The notes: generated by a model from the letters alone, not told the origin. A stretch of DNA of 64,000 nt from Paraspadella gotoi (GCA_051294375.1 CM119265.1:4583124-4647123); one strand, 5' to 3'; positions 11,988 to 39,018 are shown, counted from the first letter of the stretch. A program made the numbers and translations.

Positions 11988-12892
11988 TCGTTTTAATTTA
12001 AACAGAATTATTATCACGACAGTTCCTCTTCAGAAAAAAAGCGTATTGCAACAACTTTCGTTCGCAACAAAATCCTTCCGCAATAAAACCGCAGCGACTT
12101 CGACTAACTTCTAATCTCGATGAAGGAGCGACTTTTTCGATGCGGAAGCGAACTCCGCACGCGATGAAGGAGCGAAAATTTNNNNNNNNNNNNNNNNNNN
12201 NNNNNNNNNNNNNNNNNNNNNNNNNNNNNNNNNNNNNNNNNNNNNNNNNNNNNNNNNNNNNNNNNNNNNNNNNNNNNNNNNNNNNNNNNNNNNNNNNNNN
12301 NNNNNNNNNNNNNNNNNNNNNNNNNNNNNNNNNNNNNNNNNNNNNNNNNNNNNNNNNNNNNNNNNNNNNNNNNNNNNNNNNNNNNNNNNNNNNNNNNNNN
12401 NNNNNNNNNNNNNNNNNNNNNNNNNNNNNNNNNNNNNNNGGGGGGGAGGGGGGAAGGAATATTGAGAGCGAGAGACTTTTGTTGTTCAATTAAGGATCGC
12501 GTCCGGAGAATAAGCTGATTCAGGTTTTAGAGAATACATCAGTAACAAAATCATTTAAAGAAGAGAAACGTGTGACCCATAAAATCTTGGTTTTTTTCGA
12601 AACTGAAACTAGTAGAACGGTTTATTTTTCGAGTGAAACATCCCAAAATCTAAAAATATCTGTCCGCGTTTTAGTTGTTTGAGTATACCTAAGTTCATAT
12701 TAAGCCACTGTACGAACGTACAAAGCTTGTACGGCCCTGAAGCTGCTCGGACAAGCGTAACCGGGGCGGATGCAGAAATAAAAGTCAACGACAAAGAAAG
12801 AGGGAAGCAAATAAATAACAACAGAGGAAATAGGAAGAAAACAACGCCAGAAAGGAAGGCCGTCGAGAGAAGAGAAGAGAGAGATAGAGAGT

Positions 12893-12949
<57 letters not shown>

Positions 12950-13079
12950 CAAAGGGCGCCAGAGATGAAAATTGAGGTCAATCTGATAATGGATATAGAT
13001 TTGACCTCGTGAAGCGGTCAGTGAGAAGGAAAGGAAAGGTGGAAAAGGGGAAAAACCTGAATAGAGAGAGAGAGAGAGT

Positions 13080-13160
<81 letters not shown>

Positions 13161-13187
13161 AGAGAGAGAGAAGAGAGAGAGACGAAG

Positions 13188-13230
<43 letters not shown>

Positions 13231-14228
13231 GCATGAAGGTGAGTCGTTGATAAATGGATAGTAAACAGAAACTAATTTTGGAGGATCTTTCGGCGAGATG
13301 CTAAAGAAAGCGAAAAACAGTCGGGAAAACATGGGAGGAGGAAAAAAGGAATGAAAAAATGGAGGAAAAGAAGAAAAAAATGGAGGAAAAAGGAGGAAAA
13401 TATAAAAATGAACGAAAAAAAAAATAAAGAAAAAAGAAAAAGTGTTTGGGGCGAAGGGCGGAGCGAAATCGTGAAGGAAGGAGAGATGTGAGATAGCAGG
13501 AAAAAAAACACGAACTAACTTTTCGACGGGTCACAGAACTCTGTGTGTGTCAGATTACGGCCGAAGTGAGGTGTGTCTAAGAGGAGAGAGAAGAGAGCAG
13601 CAGAGAGAGAGAGAAGCAGAGAAGAAGAGACGAAGAGAGATGCAAGAGGCAAGAGAGCGAGAGAGGATCGTTGGTGAACTTTAGGAGACATATCTTCTGG
13701 TTACAATTTTCTTTTTCCCGCAAAAACAAAGGAGGCGCACAAATAGATGCGAAGGAAGATAAGAAAAAAAAAAGAGACAAAAAGGAAAAAAAAGGGAAAA
13801 AGGAAAAAAGAAAAGAGAAGCGAATTCGAATCAATACGGATAAAGCGAAAAGAGAGGAAAAAAGAAAGGGGAAGCAAAAAAGAAAAATATCGGGCAGCAG
13901 TGGATAATCGAATCAGACGAGAGGGGAGCTTCCATAATCCATGAGATAAGATTCAATACAGACAATTAAGGAACATATTTCTTTTCCCCGCTCAAGTCGT
14001 CCTCGTCGTTTTCTTCTTCTTCTTCTACCTTTTGAGTTTGACAGTTGATTTCAAAACCCAAAAATCATGAAAAACGGAGGAAAGAGAATTAAAGACAATC
14101 TCGCATGAAGAATTCATTCTTTCAATTTTCACGGCGGAAAAAAAAAATTCCATTATCTTTTTTTTTTTCTTTCCGAAATAATAAATAATAAATAATAAAT
14201 AATAAATAATAAAGAGGTCGGAGAAAGT

Positions 14229-14267
<39 letters not shown>

Positions 14268-14908
14268 TCACCGTGGCCCTGTTCGTCATCATTGTCGTCA
14301 TGCATATATGTATTAACTTTATTATCATCTCCCGATTCATTGTCACAGTCGTCGCTATCGTCATTGTCATCCTCTTCAATATTGTCATCACAGACTTAAG
14401 TATTAAGTATCGTAACCCTGTTTGTTTTCACTATTATACTTGTCGCTGTATATCGTCGCTCTCATTGTCATCGTATTTGTCCTCTTTGTCATCACAGTCG
14501 TCATCGTCGTTGTCATCTTCATCATCGTCGTCAACTTCTTTCTCGTTGCACTCAGCTTCTGCTCGCAGGTGCGATCAGCTGCCTCGTTTGTCCCGCGATT
14601 CGATCGCATCGACTTGCTCCGCTTGACTGCATCCGACGAAAATCAATCGCGCGGAAATAGAGCGAGCGTAAAGCGGCGTCGCCTCTGCGGCGTCGGCGGC
14701 GGCGGCGGCGCTGAAGCCATTGGTGGATGATATGACGTAATTCGCCCGAAGCCATGAGCGTTCGCTGTGCTGCAAAGACACACGTAACGGCAAAGTTAAA
14801 GTAAGACGTCCCCTCGCGTCGGTTTTTTTTCTTTCGGCCAAGTTTGTCGGTTCATTGTCGGTCTTGTTCGCGATCGGGCGCGCCCAAACCGGGCCTTGCC
14901 GCCAAACA

Positions 14909-14972
14909 CGCGTGCCCGCTCTGGCGCGTGCCCGCTCTGGCGCGTGCCCGCTCTGGCGCGTGCCCGCTTTGG
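14909..14972 (+). repeat. GC-rich 16-bp minisatellite (CGCGTGCCCGCTCTGG)x4
   Basis: Directly visible tandem repeat; the last copy has one substitution. Confidence 0.9.
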
Positions 14973-16153
14973 TCTAATATTCTCCGCGCGCGCCGAGTAT
15001 TTTCCACTTGGCATCCAAGCGTCGACCTTAGAGCCTCGGTGGCACAAAAAAAAAAGGGAAAAAAGGTAATAGAAAAAAGAAAGGAGAAAAAAAGGAAATA
15101 TAAAGAAGGAAAAAGAAAGGCTGTTTGGTGCGGCGGCGGCGGCGGCGGCGAGGGGGGGGGGTCGCCCTCGTGGAAAATTTCAATTTCAGTCACAGCGACT
15201 TTTGGGAATCTGAGGAGGAAAAATGAGGCGAGGAAAACCTCGTCGTCGTCGTCATCGTCGTCGTCTTCGTCTTCGTCAGTCGTTGTCGTCGTCATCATCG
15301 TCGTCGTCGACGCTGCCGAGAATCCGGGTGAATTTCTTTTTCTCTCCTCTCTTACATTCAATTCAAAATAATAATTAAATTAATCAAACTTTGAGCTAAC
15401 GATGTTATTTTTTTTTCAAATTATATCGTAATACTTTGTACTATTTATCAGATAAATTTATCTAAACTTTTGTTTATAAATGCTCTTTTTCCTCGTCACG
15501 CGAAATGAAAGCAAAACGACCCACGGCCATCGTCTCTTAATATCTACCACCCCAGCTCAGTTCCTCTTTTCTCTCCCCTATTGCCGCCCCATTTTGAATC
15601 TCTTCGCCACTAATTCGCCACCCCATTTCCCTCATTCTATCTCACCCTATTTTTCCCCCTTTTTTCCTTCCCTCCACACCTTTCGACAACGCCTTTGCCC
15701 GCTCGGTCGAGATTAAAGAATCCCCCGGGAGACATTCTCTCCTTTGATTTAATGGACGTCGAATGGAGATTTTTATTTCTTTCTTTCTCTCCTTTTTTTT
15801 TACGTACATCGACTATGCCCGAAATTACTTTACATTTAGCTTTATATTTAGTATTAAGCGTAAATGTTAACTATTTTAATCGTAGGTGGCTAAAAGTGCT
15901 AATCATCTGTTACAAAAATATCGGTGACCTCCTTCCTTTTTCTCCATCCAGCCATTTTAGAGGAGTTTTGTATTAATTAATTTTGAATTTTAATTTTAAT
16001 TCGCATCTTAGAATGATTCAACTTTCAATTAATGACACGAGTTAAAATTCCTACCCTAACATAGCCCTTCTTTTAAACGAAGTCTCCAGACACCAACATC
16101 CGGCCTCCGCTTCTCCCGCCAAAACCCAAAAACCCCTAATTCCCCAAAACCCG

Positions 16154-19044
<2,891 letters not shown>

Positions 19045-19069
19045 NNNNNNNNNNNNNNNNNNNNNNNNN
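19045..19069. other. Fixed-length 25-N assembly gap (also 28551-28575, 31011-31035, 55193-55217, 60100-60124)
   Basis: Counted directly. Other gaps: 12182-12439, 33605-34031, 40816-40981, 44509-44600, 57012-57139, 61690-61867, 61974-62201, 62512-62707. Confidence 0.95.
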
Positions 19070-28384
<9,315 letters not shown>

Positions 28385-28722
28385 GCCCGCTTCTCCCATT
28401 CAGAGCCCGCTTCCTCTCCTCTCCGCCGGTTTCCTCCATTCAGCACCCTCATCAAACCCTTCCCCGCCCGCCCCTCCCTCACCCCTCCTCTCCTTTCTCC
28501 GCACCTTTTTTTTTTTCCTCGCTAATTCCTAAAGTGCTTTAATTTTCGTGNNNNNNNNNNNNNNNNNNNNNNNNNCCATTAAGTCCCTTCTCGGAAATAA
28601 CCTCTTCTCTCTCCATTATTCTTGTCGTTGCGAAGAAGGGAAGATTTAAAGGATGGAAAAACATCGTAAACACGAGAAAGATGACGAGGGGGGGATTTTC
28701 GCGACTCTGCGAGTCACTTCCA

Positions 28723-28774
<52 letters not shown>

Positions 28775-30716
28775 ACATTTCTAGTTCTCACTATATTCAT
28801 CTTCTCCGTCCCTTCATTCTCGTCAAGTCTTCGTCTCTCTCTCACGATTGTATTGTCCTTCACAGACTCACATTTCTTTTTCGTCTGCTTTCGAATTGAA
28901 TTTCTTTTCGTTCGAGTTTGACGGTTGACGCTTCACGGTCTTCGGCGTCACCGGTCGTTGCACTTCGGATAGACAGATGATTTTCCTCTTCTATCTTTTT
29001 TATGTTTACTTTTTTGTTTGTCTGTAAAGCATAAACAGTATATTTTATCTGTTATCTACATTTATATGTCGTTGCTCTTATCGTCAATATCGACCCTCTC
29101 AGTATCATTGTTAAAAATACTAATCTTTTTTTCAAATTGCAATTCTAAGAGTTTTTATTTATTTTTAATATTAAAGAGGAATGAAACGAGATAATTGATT
29201 TTTAATAGAACGGGGGAGGCACGATCCAGATATTGCCCCGTCGTCGGATCCACACAGTGACAAAGGGGGAGCTTATTATGCTACCAGTCTTTAACTCCAT
29301 AATTTTTACCTTTAAAATTCGCACCAAAAAAAGGGAACTTTTATTTTTTCTGTCGACTGAAGAACTGAGATTTGAACAAAATTAAATCCTCGTATTATTT
29401 AGCCACAAAGGGTTAATCTCTACGTTTCCTTTTTTTTTCTCTCATTTTCACTCTCTTACTCAACTCTCTTCTTCTCCCGGGCGGCTTGGTCTTTTGTTCG
29501 AGTCCAATTTTTTGGCGCCTGGATTTGAAATTCGCATTGTCTCAAACCGCGGGCGGATCATAAGCGGCCCCTGTGGCGTCGGCGGCGGCGGCGGCGGCGC
29601 TGCTGGTGCCAGAGGCAGCTGATACGAACGAATGGCTCTTGTACCATTAGGCACGGAAGATGGGAGGGGGAGGTCGTAGAGAAAATGACTAGGGAGAGAG
29701 AGAGAGAGAGAGGGAGCGTCACTGGTCAACTGCGGCATCAATGACCCTCCATAAAAGAAGGGAAGACGCCTCCACCGCCGCCAACGCCGCCGCCAACGCC
29801 GCCGCAGCCGCCGCCGCATTTTTGGCTCAGGACCGAGCGTGCTTTTTCGGCCGCACGTGGGGGCATCGATTGGTGTAAACGAGGGAGGAGAAACAAAGAA
29901 ATACAAAACAAAACAAAAACCAAAACAACAAATGTAAATAAACGACGTTTTCTTTTCTAATGCTAATAGTCCTTTCTCTTTCTCTGCGTTCGCACTATTT
30001 ATATACATATTTTGATACGGTTTTATGGTTAAAACTGTACTGATGAGTCGGTATTCAAGCTTTACATGTCTTTTTAAACTGCTCCCTAATGCATTACAAA
30101 TTAAGTGAGTTTATTGGACATTTTTTCCTCGAATGATATATCCCTTATTTTCTGCGGGGTTTATTTTCGGCGCTGCTTTCTGGCCTTTTTAGTTTTTCCC
30201 TCGTTTTTTTCTTCTTTTTTTTTTTCAACTCGGACTTTCGTTCCGACTCCGAATGGCGATTGTGGACCTCGTTTCATTCATCGATCCCTCGAGCTTCAGT
30301 CGAAGAGACGAAATAATTCGTTGCGATGAAGAAGGTTCAGAAAAGGAGATAATGCGACTGAGTAAGGTCTCCGCTTGGATAAGGTATGACGGACGGATGA
30401 GACGAACAAAAAGTTAGGGATAATTCGAGGTCTATTTTACGAAGATGAGTGCAGATCAACTCAAAACTAGTCGCTTTTGCTCGAAGGCGGACGTCGACGA
30501 ATAAATTGGCGACGACGATCGCCGGTCGCATCTGTTTTGGTCGAAACGATGGGCGATCAGGACGGACGAGACGCCGGCGCCCGAGTTTGGCGAAAATCGA
30601 AGTAATGGCTGTGATTCACTGAAAATAACTCGCAAACTCCGCCTCTTTCCCCCCCCCTTCCACCTCGTAATCTTCCCACCGCCCACCCCCCCCCCACCTT
30701 CCAGGCGAAACGGCAG

Positions 30717-31330
30717 GTTTCGGTTCCCTCGTCGCTGATTGGCGGAACCGAAGCAACGGGCTATGATTGGCCAATGTTCGACCGTAACCGCGGGCGATTG
30801 GTCGAGACACAACGAATGCTTTGTTTTCTATTTGCGAATCCTTAACGACTTACGAAAGAGAAACTTTTATGAGGCGACGACTCAAAGGACAACGAAGACA
30901 AAGTCTTGACGTGGGAGAGTGGGAGAACTGGGAGATGGAGGGAAAGGAAGAAAGAAACAGAAAAGAAAGAAAGAGGGCAAAATAGAAAGAAATCTAGATT
31001 AAAATAATCANNNNNNNNNNNNNNNNNNNNNNNNNGTTTCGGTTCCCTCGTCGCTGATTGGCGGAACCGAAGCAACGGGCTATGATTGGCCAATGTTCGA
31101 CCGTAAACCGCGGCGATTGGTCGAGACCAACGAATGGCTTTGTTTCTATTTGCGAATCCTTAACGACTTCACGAAAGAGAAACTTTTATGAGGCGACGAC
31201 TCAAAGGACAACGAAGACAAAGTCTTGACGTGGGAGAGTGGGAGAACTGGGAGATGGAGGGAAAGGAAAGAAAGAAACAGAAAAGAAAGAAAGAGGGCAA
31301 AATAGAAAGAAATCTAGATTAAAATAATCA
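30717..31330 (+). repeat. ~294-bp direct duplication flanking a 25-N gap (probable assembly overlap)
   Basis: 30717-31010 is repeated at 31036-31330, and both copies abut the gap 31011-31035. Confidence 0.9.
30735..30803 (-). promoter_or_regulatory. Triple CCAAT (NF-Y-type) box cluster
   Basis: GATTGG three times, with ATTGG at 30738, 30766 and 30797 (spacings 28 and 31 bp). Confidence 0.35.
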
Positions 31331-31660
31331 AACTGAAAATAGAAATAGATAAAAAAAAAAAAGAAGGGAGAACTAAAATGAAGGGAGAAGATAAAATCCT
31401 GGGCGATGATGAAGAGAGTGCGAGACGAAGACGACGACGACGACGATAAAGATGACGACGTCGCCGTCTTCTCTACGCGCCGTAAAAATTTTCTTTCTTC
31501 GTCCTTTAATGATGCCTCCTATAAGAAATCGTCGTCGTCGTCGTCGCGTCATTGGTCGCCCACCCTCCCCTGCGGTCCCAGGCGCGAACCTCTTAATGTA
31601 GAGGCGCATGCCCGGTTCGAACCTTACGCAGATGTTCGCCCTGGCATTGCAGAGAGAAGA

Positions 31661-31743
<83 letters not shown>

Positions 31744-32421
31744 ATAATTAACGTGGCCGGGTTTCGTCTCGTCGCACGTAATTCGTTTTAAATCTTTATA
31801 ATAGTTTTCAGACACGGCCCCCGAAGAATTGTTCAAACGATTACATTCGAAAATCGATACATTCACAATTTCGCCTTCACGTTCACCGACCCAAGTTTTA
31901 AGCATCTCATCATCATTCGCACTTTCTCTTTCTTGTCCGTTTCTTCTTTCTTTCCTTCTCCCTCTCCTCCCCCCCCCTACCCCCCCCTCTCAAAAAAAAA
32001 ATGAGGATGAATGGAGACAAATGGACGGAGACTCCACCCGCTGCTCGAGACGCATCTCTCTAGAGGGCGGGTCGACATCCGTTCTTTCTTTTGGGGGGAG
32101 GAGGCGGGGGAAGGGGGGGTTGAAGGGTCAGTGTCCCCTTCGAGTTCGGGCGGCGATCGCTCAGGGGCACCGACCGATGAGAAGGGAGGCGATGAGTTGT
32201 CGAGAGGGGTCGCTCGCAATGATGGAGTATAACGATCAGAGTCATCTTGGCGCTTCCTCCTTAGCCCCCCCCTCTCTTGACCCAAATAACCCTTGCCACT
32301 CCGTTAGCACCCTTCCTTCCCTTGCGAAGAGCCAATGAGCCTTCAGAGAGCCGACCTCTGAGAACCCGAAACATCGGGCTTGACCCCGTCGCCGGCGCCG
32401 GCGCCTAGCGACCTGACGAGG

Positions 32422-32513
32422 ATGACGATCACGAAAACGCCGGAGGCAGATCGTATCTTAAGATGGCGCGGACTGTTTTTATTTTGTGCGGAGGTCATTT
32501 GTGCCGTCGCAGG
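32422..32513 (+). CDS. Tentative first coding exon with a signal-peptide-like N-terminus (MTITKTPEADRILRWRGLFLFCAEVICAVA-G); gene unidentified
   Basis: ATG with A at -3, an in-frame TGA upstream and a GC-rich leader. Basic residues precede a hydrophobic stretch that ends in small residues. It is followed by donor-like GG|GTACGT and an abrupt switch to T-rich sequence. No downstream exon was identified. Confidence 0.3.
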
Positions 32514-33062
32514 GTACGTTTGAATCATTTATTTAAAAAGGATTCATGTTTGTATTTTTCTTCTTTACTCAAAGCCCAAGGCTTTTCTTTTATTTCTTTT
32601 TTGGACGTCATCATTTCTTGGTTTGAATTTACTATCGCTTCCTTCCGGTTGTTTTCTGTGCTTATCTTTTGAATGTTTGCTTGTTGTCGTCTTTCCTTTC
32701 ATCATTTTTCATTTCCTTTCTATTTTCCTTCACACCGTTTCCTCTATTCCCTCTCTTTTTATTGCGTTACATCCTAGCTTACTTTCTTCCTTGCAACGTC
32801 ATTATTATGACTTATTATCCATTTCATTCCTAATACTTTCTCTTCTTCCTTCCTTTTTATCCTTCCCCCTTTCTTCACTTTATCCTTCATCCTTTCCTTC
32901 TTAACTCCTGTTCTTTACTTCCTTACTTCCTTACTTCTCTCTCCAATCTTCCTTTCCTCCGCTTCTTCCTTCATCTTATCGACTATTTCCATTTGCCTCC
33001 CGTCATATTTTATTGAAAACCCTTCAGTTTACTCTGTCCTTAACGCATTTCTTTTCACGCCT

Positions 33063-33109
<47 letters not shown>

Positions 33110-35565
33110 TTTCCCGTTTTTGCCCTCCATCTCAGGGTCTCCGTCGTCTTTTTCTTTCGCCAAGCCCACCTCCTCCTCTTCCTCCTCCTTTTTCCGTCTC
33201 CAGCGTCTTCAACTTCATCAGCATCATCGTCATCCACATCATCTTTTCCATGATCATCAACATCATCTACTTCTTACTATTTATCTCTCCGCGCCTCTTC
33301 CCTTTTATTCTCTCTCCTTCTCTTTCTCACCGCGTGAGGGCGTAAGACACCCCACCCACTCGTTCTCTCTCATCGTCAATCACCTTGTCTTCACCATTTC
33401 CTCCACCCATCCACCCTCTGCTGATCCCAAACCCACCAATCCACCCTCTGCAGATCCCAACACCTCCTCAGAGTCGGGGATTATTTATGTTTTCTTCTCT
33501 CCTCGACGAATTGTTTACATCCCAAGGACATGACGGGTGGCGGCCACTCCCGCCCTCCTTTCGGTTTGACGCTCTCTTCGTCTCTTGTCTCTGTCTCTGT
33601 CTCTNNNNNNNNNNNNNNNNNNNNNNNNNNNNNNNNNNNNNNNNNNNNNNNNNNNNNNNNNNNNNNNNNNNNNNNNNNNNNNNNNNNNNNNNNNNNNNNN
33701 NNNNNNNNNNNNNNNNNNNNNNNNNNNNNNNNNNNNNNNNNNNNNNNNNNNNNNNNNNNNNNNNNNNNNNNNNNNNNNNNNNNNNNNNNNNNNNNNNNNN
33801 NNNNNNNNNNNNNNNNNNNNNNNNNNNNNNNNNNNNNNNNNNNNNNNNNNNNNNNNNNNNNNNNNNNNNNNNNNNNNNNNNNNNNNNNNNNNNNNNNNNN
33901 NNNNNNNNNNNNNNNNNNNNNNNNNNNNNNNNNNNNNNNNNNNNNNNNNNNNNNNNNNNNNNNNNNNNNNNNNNNNNNNNNNNNNNNNNNNNNNNNNNNN
34001 NNNNNNNNNNNNNNNNNNNNNNNNNNNNNNNGCAAGAGGGGTGGTGGTGTATGGAATAGAATAACTAAGAATAAGAACAATATGTGTCAATATTTTTTCA
34101 ATATTGAAAACGTTCTTCGTAAATCTTCAATCTTCTTTTTATCGCGCATCTGCTTCCGCTCTTTATTTCTTCAAGAAAAATCAATTTTTCTCTCACCTTA
34201 TTTAAATTTTTTTTTTTCATATCATCTACCGCTGGCACTTTATCTCTTTCCTTTTTACTCTTCTCCTCTACATTGTTTCTTTCTTCAGAAGAGCTCGATT
34301 CTATTTTCCATCTTTAGCCCAATTTTTACTCAGCTTCTTTTCACCAGATAGAAACTCTCTCTCTCTCTCTCTCTCTCTCCTTCTCCTCTCTCGTCAGATC
34401 GTCTCTCTCTGCGCCTTCCCCTCTTCTGCGTCTTTCAGCTGCTCTCTGATCTCTCCCGCGCTCTCATCATCCTCTCGTCGTCTGTCTCTCTCATGCATCT
34501 CGTCCTGATCAGTTATTCACTCCCGACGACAGCGAAAAGAAGAACAATTTTTATCTTCGATATAAAAACTGGGAAGACAGAAAATTGAAGGAAATCTTGC
34601 TTTCTTCTCTTTCATCTTCGACGTCGTCGTCGTCGTCGGCGTCGTCGTCGGATTACGCCGCTTTATTTATGTGAAGGGCAAAGAGGGCGCCGCAACGCCG
34701 AGAGTAGAAGAGGCGGCGCCGGGTGAAAGCGCGCCGAAAATCTGGCACCGCGATTGAGAAAGAATCTGATTGAAATCCGCAGGCGTTCTTTTTATAAATT
34801 TTTCCGTATTAGATCATATTCTATTTAGTTTTTTATTTACTCTGGTAATTTTTAATAAATTTAAACTAAATGAAAATGAAATTGTTTAACATTGGAATTC
34901 AGATTCTTTTGTTTACTAAACATAAAAAGTCTCGACTGCTATATTCTCTTCCGTCTTCCTCGGAATTTTCTGTCGAACTTTTCCGGACAGGCATCACAGT
35001 CTCAAACTAGTGCCGACGGCGACAAATCGAAAAACAACAACGACAACAACAGGCGTCAACCTGAGGACTAATCGCAGACGAGAAAATTGAAGGCAATCTC
35101 GGTTTCTCTTCTCGAGGTTGTCCTAGACTTCGTTATCGTCGTCGTCGTCGTCGTCGTCGTTGTCAAGATTTTATATATCCTAGGGAAAGCGTCACTATCA
35201 GAAAATCTCAAATTGATCTTTACTTGCAACCAACATAATGCTAATCTTGCGTCATAAATTATTCTCAAATTATCTTCAGGGAAAAAAAGGAAAAAGATCA
35301 TCTAACTGAAAGGGAGTCAATTCTTAGAAATCCACGTGCGATTCCAGCGCCGCCAACGGACACTCGTAGATCGAAGGCACCGCTTCGTCTCTCCTTCAGA
35401 ACTTGGGCCGCGGTCGTCCGTCCGTCCGTCCATCCGTCCCAGCTGCCTCCTCCGACTCTTTGATTCGTTAATCCAGACTAACGAGTCTTCAAGGACGTTG
35501 AGAGCAACGACGCCGTGGGTTTCATTACTGTCATTACCAGCGGCGGCGCTGGCGTCGACGGTGGG

Positions 35566-35668
<103 letters not shown>

Positions 35669-35891
35669 TACCAGGTTGGCGCGAAAGTAACCGTAATCCT
35701 TTTTGCATATTGCGGTGATTTGGCTTCGACGACGCATTCGTACGCGCGAAGCCGAGACTCACGAACGGAGGAAACGACAAGTATCATATTTTATGTCTTT
35801 TTCGTCGAGTCTGCGTGAAATTAAAAATTATTCACTTATTAAAAAATTATAAAACTCGGTGTACGTAGAAAATAATATATTTTTTAAGGTC

Positions 35892-36540
<649 letters not shown>

Positions 36541-36948
36541 AATGCGTTGGATGAGGGATTTTAGCGAAACTGGGTTTAATAATCAATAGAATAAGAGAAT
36601 AATTTTTAATTGAAGAATGTTTTGCTTTTCACTACTGTAATTGTTTTTAAGGTATCGAATATGAAAAAGTAAAAAACTTATAACGGTCTCAAGTGCAGAC
36701 CTTTAAGTAGTTACTGTATATCCCAAGGTAACTTAAAATCCCAAATTAACTTAAACTAGATGGGTACTCATTTCTAAAATAAACAATAAGAAAAGGAAAA
36801 GAAAACAGATACAGAGCGACTTCGTCGGAAATTCCGATCCACTTTTTCGAGGCCGCGTGATTCCATGAATTCAGTTCAGAGGTCACGGGTTTTAGGACCC
36901 GACTTAGAGACGAGAGAATGTAAATGAGTCTTTGATCGCTGCTCATTA

Positions 36949-36988
<40 letters not shown>

Positions 36989-37094
36989 GGCCTTTCGTTT
37001 ATGCAAGCGAGAGGTGTATAAGAGCGAAACGGAATCGCAAATCCTCTTCTAATTCTCTCTCTCTCTCTCTCTCTCCTCTTCTCTCTCTCTTCTC

Positions 37095-37125
<31 letters not shown>

Positions 37126-38353
37126 CTCTTTGACTTAATTGTCAGACCGACTCTCCTTTGTGACTCTCACTCATAAGTCAATCCCGTCTGACGTCGAAGT
37201 TTTTCATCAGGCTTCTCGAGAGACAAAGAAATGCTCGCAGTTAAAGAGATAACAGACGAAAAAGTTAAGCCCAAACCGCGTGAATTCATTTTTAAATGTC
37301 AGACAATTTTCAACAACTCCTTGGGTCGATTTTTTTTTTTTTTTTTTTTTTGAAAAACCGTTCTCACTCGTCGAATCATTAAAAACACAAAGAGGAAAAA
37401 AAAGAAAGAAATTAATTGGTGGATTTTTTTTCTTTCCTCGGTTAACTTCGATAATCGAATTCTCATGAACTAAATACCTTTTATCTCTTCCTCTTCGCCT
37501 TCATGCCTTCTCTTACCCCACCCCCCTACTCCCGCCTTACCCTTCCATTCACCGCCTTCACCAATCCCCCCTCCCGTCACCGCCGTCACCCCCTCATTTC
37601 TCCCGTCCCCGGTCCATTATCTGCGTTCTCATATTTCGCCATCATTAAATGTCACGTGATTCATCAACGCTTCTTCTTTTTCATTCGAAAAATCCTTCGT
37701 TCTTCTTTCACACCGACTGCCCCTCCTCCATTTTTTTTCCTTTTCACCTTCCTTTGCTAATGCTTAACTCTGTTTAATATTTTCGTCTCCTGCCTATTTC
37801 ACTTCCTTTCCTATGAAAAATAGCAGGATTACTTAATTTTAATTACTTAAAAACAACTTTTCCTATTCGAATTTCACTTTAAATCCTCATTGTAGCGGTA
37901 GTATTTCATACCCTTCTACTCGTCCTATGGCGCCGGAGGTAGCACGAGCTCCTCCCAACCCAAATGCCTGCGTATTCGAGTTTTTTGATCTCCCTCAACT
38001 CAAGGCATCAGTTTTCTCCTTTCTACCTCCTACAGCAGAGTCGCTCATGAACTCCAACCGTCGTCTTCTATTTGCTTCAACCTTCCCTCTCCCTATTTTC
38101 TTTTTTTTTCTTTCCTCCTCCTCCTCCTTCTCCTCCTCATCTTCCTCTCTCTCCCCTTTCCTTCTTCCCCCCCCCCTCCTCCCTCTTCGTTCACCTCCGA
38201 ATTCGAACTTCATGTCTTCAGGGAGTCAGGTTTCGACATGGTCGTCGTCGTCGACGTTGCCAAGGGAACCGCCGTCGTCGCTATCGTCGTCGCGTTTCCA
38301 TCATACAGCGACCTTTACTTGAAACGTCACATCCAGATTCGACGCGAATAGCT

Positions 38354-38443
38354 TTCGTCGTAGATTTCTTCGAGTTCGTCGTAGATTTCGTCGCGTTCGT
38401 CGTAGATTTCGTCGCGTTCGTCGTAGATTTCGTCGAGCTCGTC
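38354..38443. repeat. 21-bp minisatellite (TTCGTCGTAGATTTCGTCGCG)x~4
   Basis: Directly visible tandem repeat with a few substitutions. Confidence 0.9.
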
Positions 38444-38894
38444 TAAGTTTTTGTAGTTCATTTCGTCATGGGGAAAAGGATTTTGGTTTTTGAGCGTCTA
38501 CGTGAGCGTCAACGTGACCTCATTCTTTTAAGTAAAAAAAATGGTCACTTTTAGTTTTCTTTTTTTTTTTTTTTATGTTCACTTTATTTATTTTATTCGT
38601 CTTTCTATTGACAAAAAATATTTAGGAGTAAAATGATGACCCAATATCATCATTAGATGGATTCAAGATTTAACATGTTCGATCTACTTTTCCATTTCAA
38701 TACAATTTTAGTAATGTAAATTAGTTTGTTACTCTGAGATCCCCGAAAAAAAAATTCATTTTCTCCTTTCTATTCTTGTTCTTCTCTTTTCCTCTCTATT
38801 CTTTTCTTCTCTCGAATCGAGATTCAGAAAATTCCTGAATCTTTTCCGCTCCGCAAAATCAAACGTCGTTTTTTCTCTCTCTTCGCTGCCTCTT

Positions 38895-39018
<124 letters not shown>

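Noticed and set aside
30040-30070. CTGATGAG hammerhead core 5' half
   Set aside because: There is no stem II and no downstream GAAA.
30717-31330. 294-bp tandem duplication as a biological event
   Set aside because: Both copies abut a fixed 25-N gap, the usual pattern of an unmerged contig overlap.
32414-32445. Second hammerhead-like string CTGACGAG-GAT-GACG-ATC-AC-GAAA
   Set aside because: Stem II is weak and bulged, and no stem III, NUH triplet or stem I follows.
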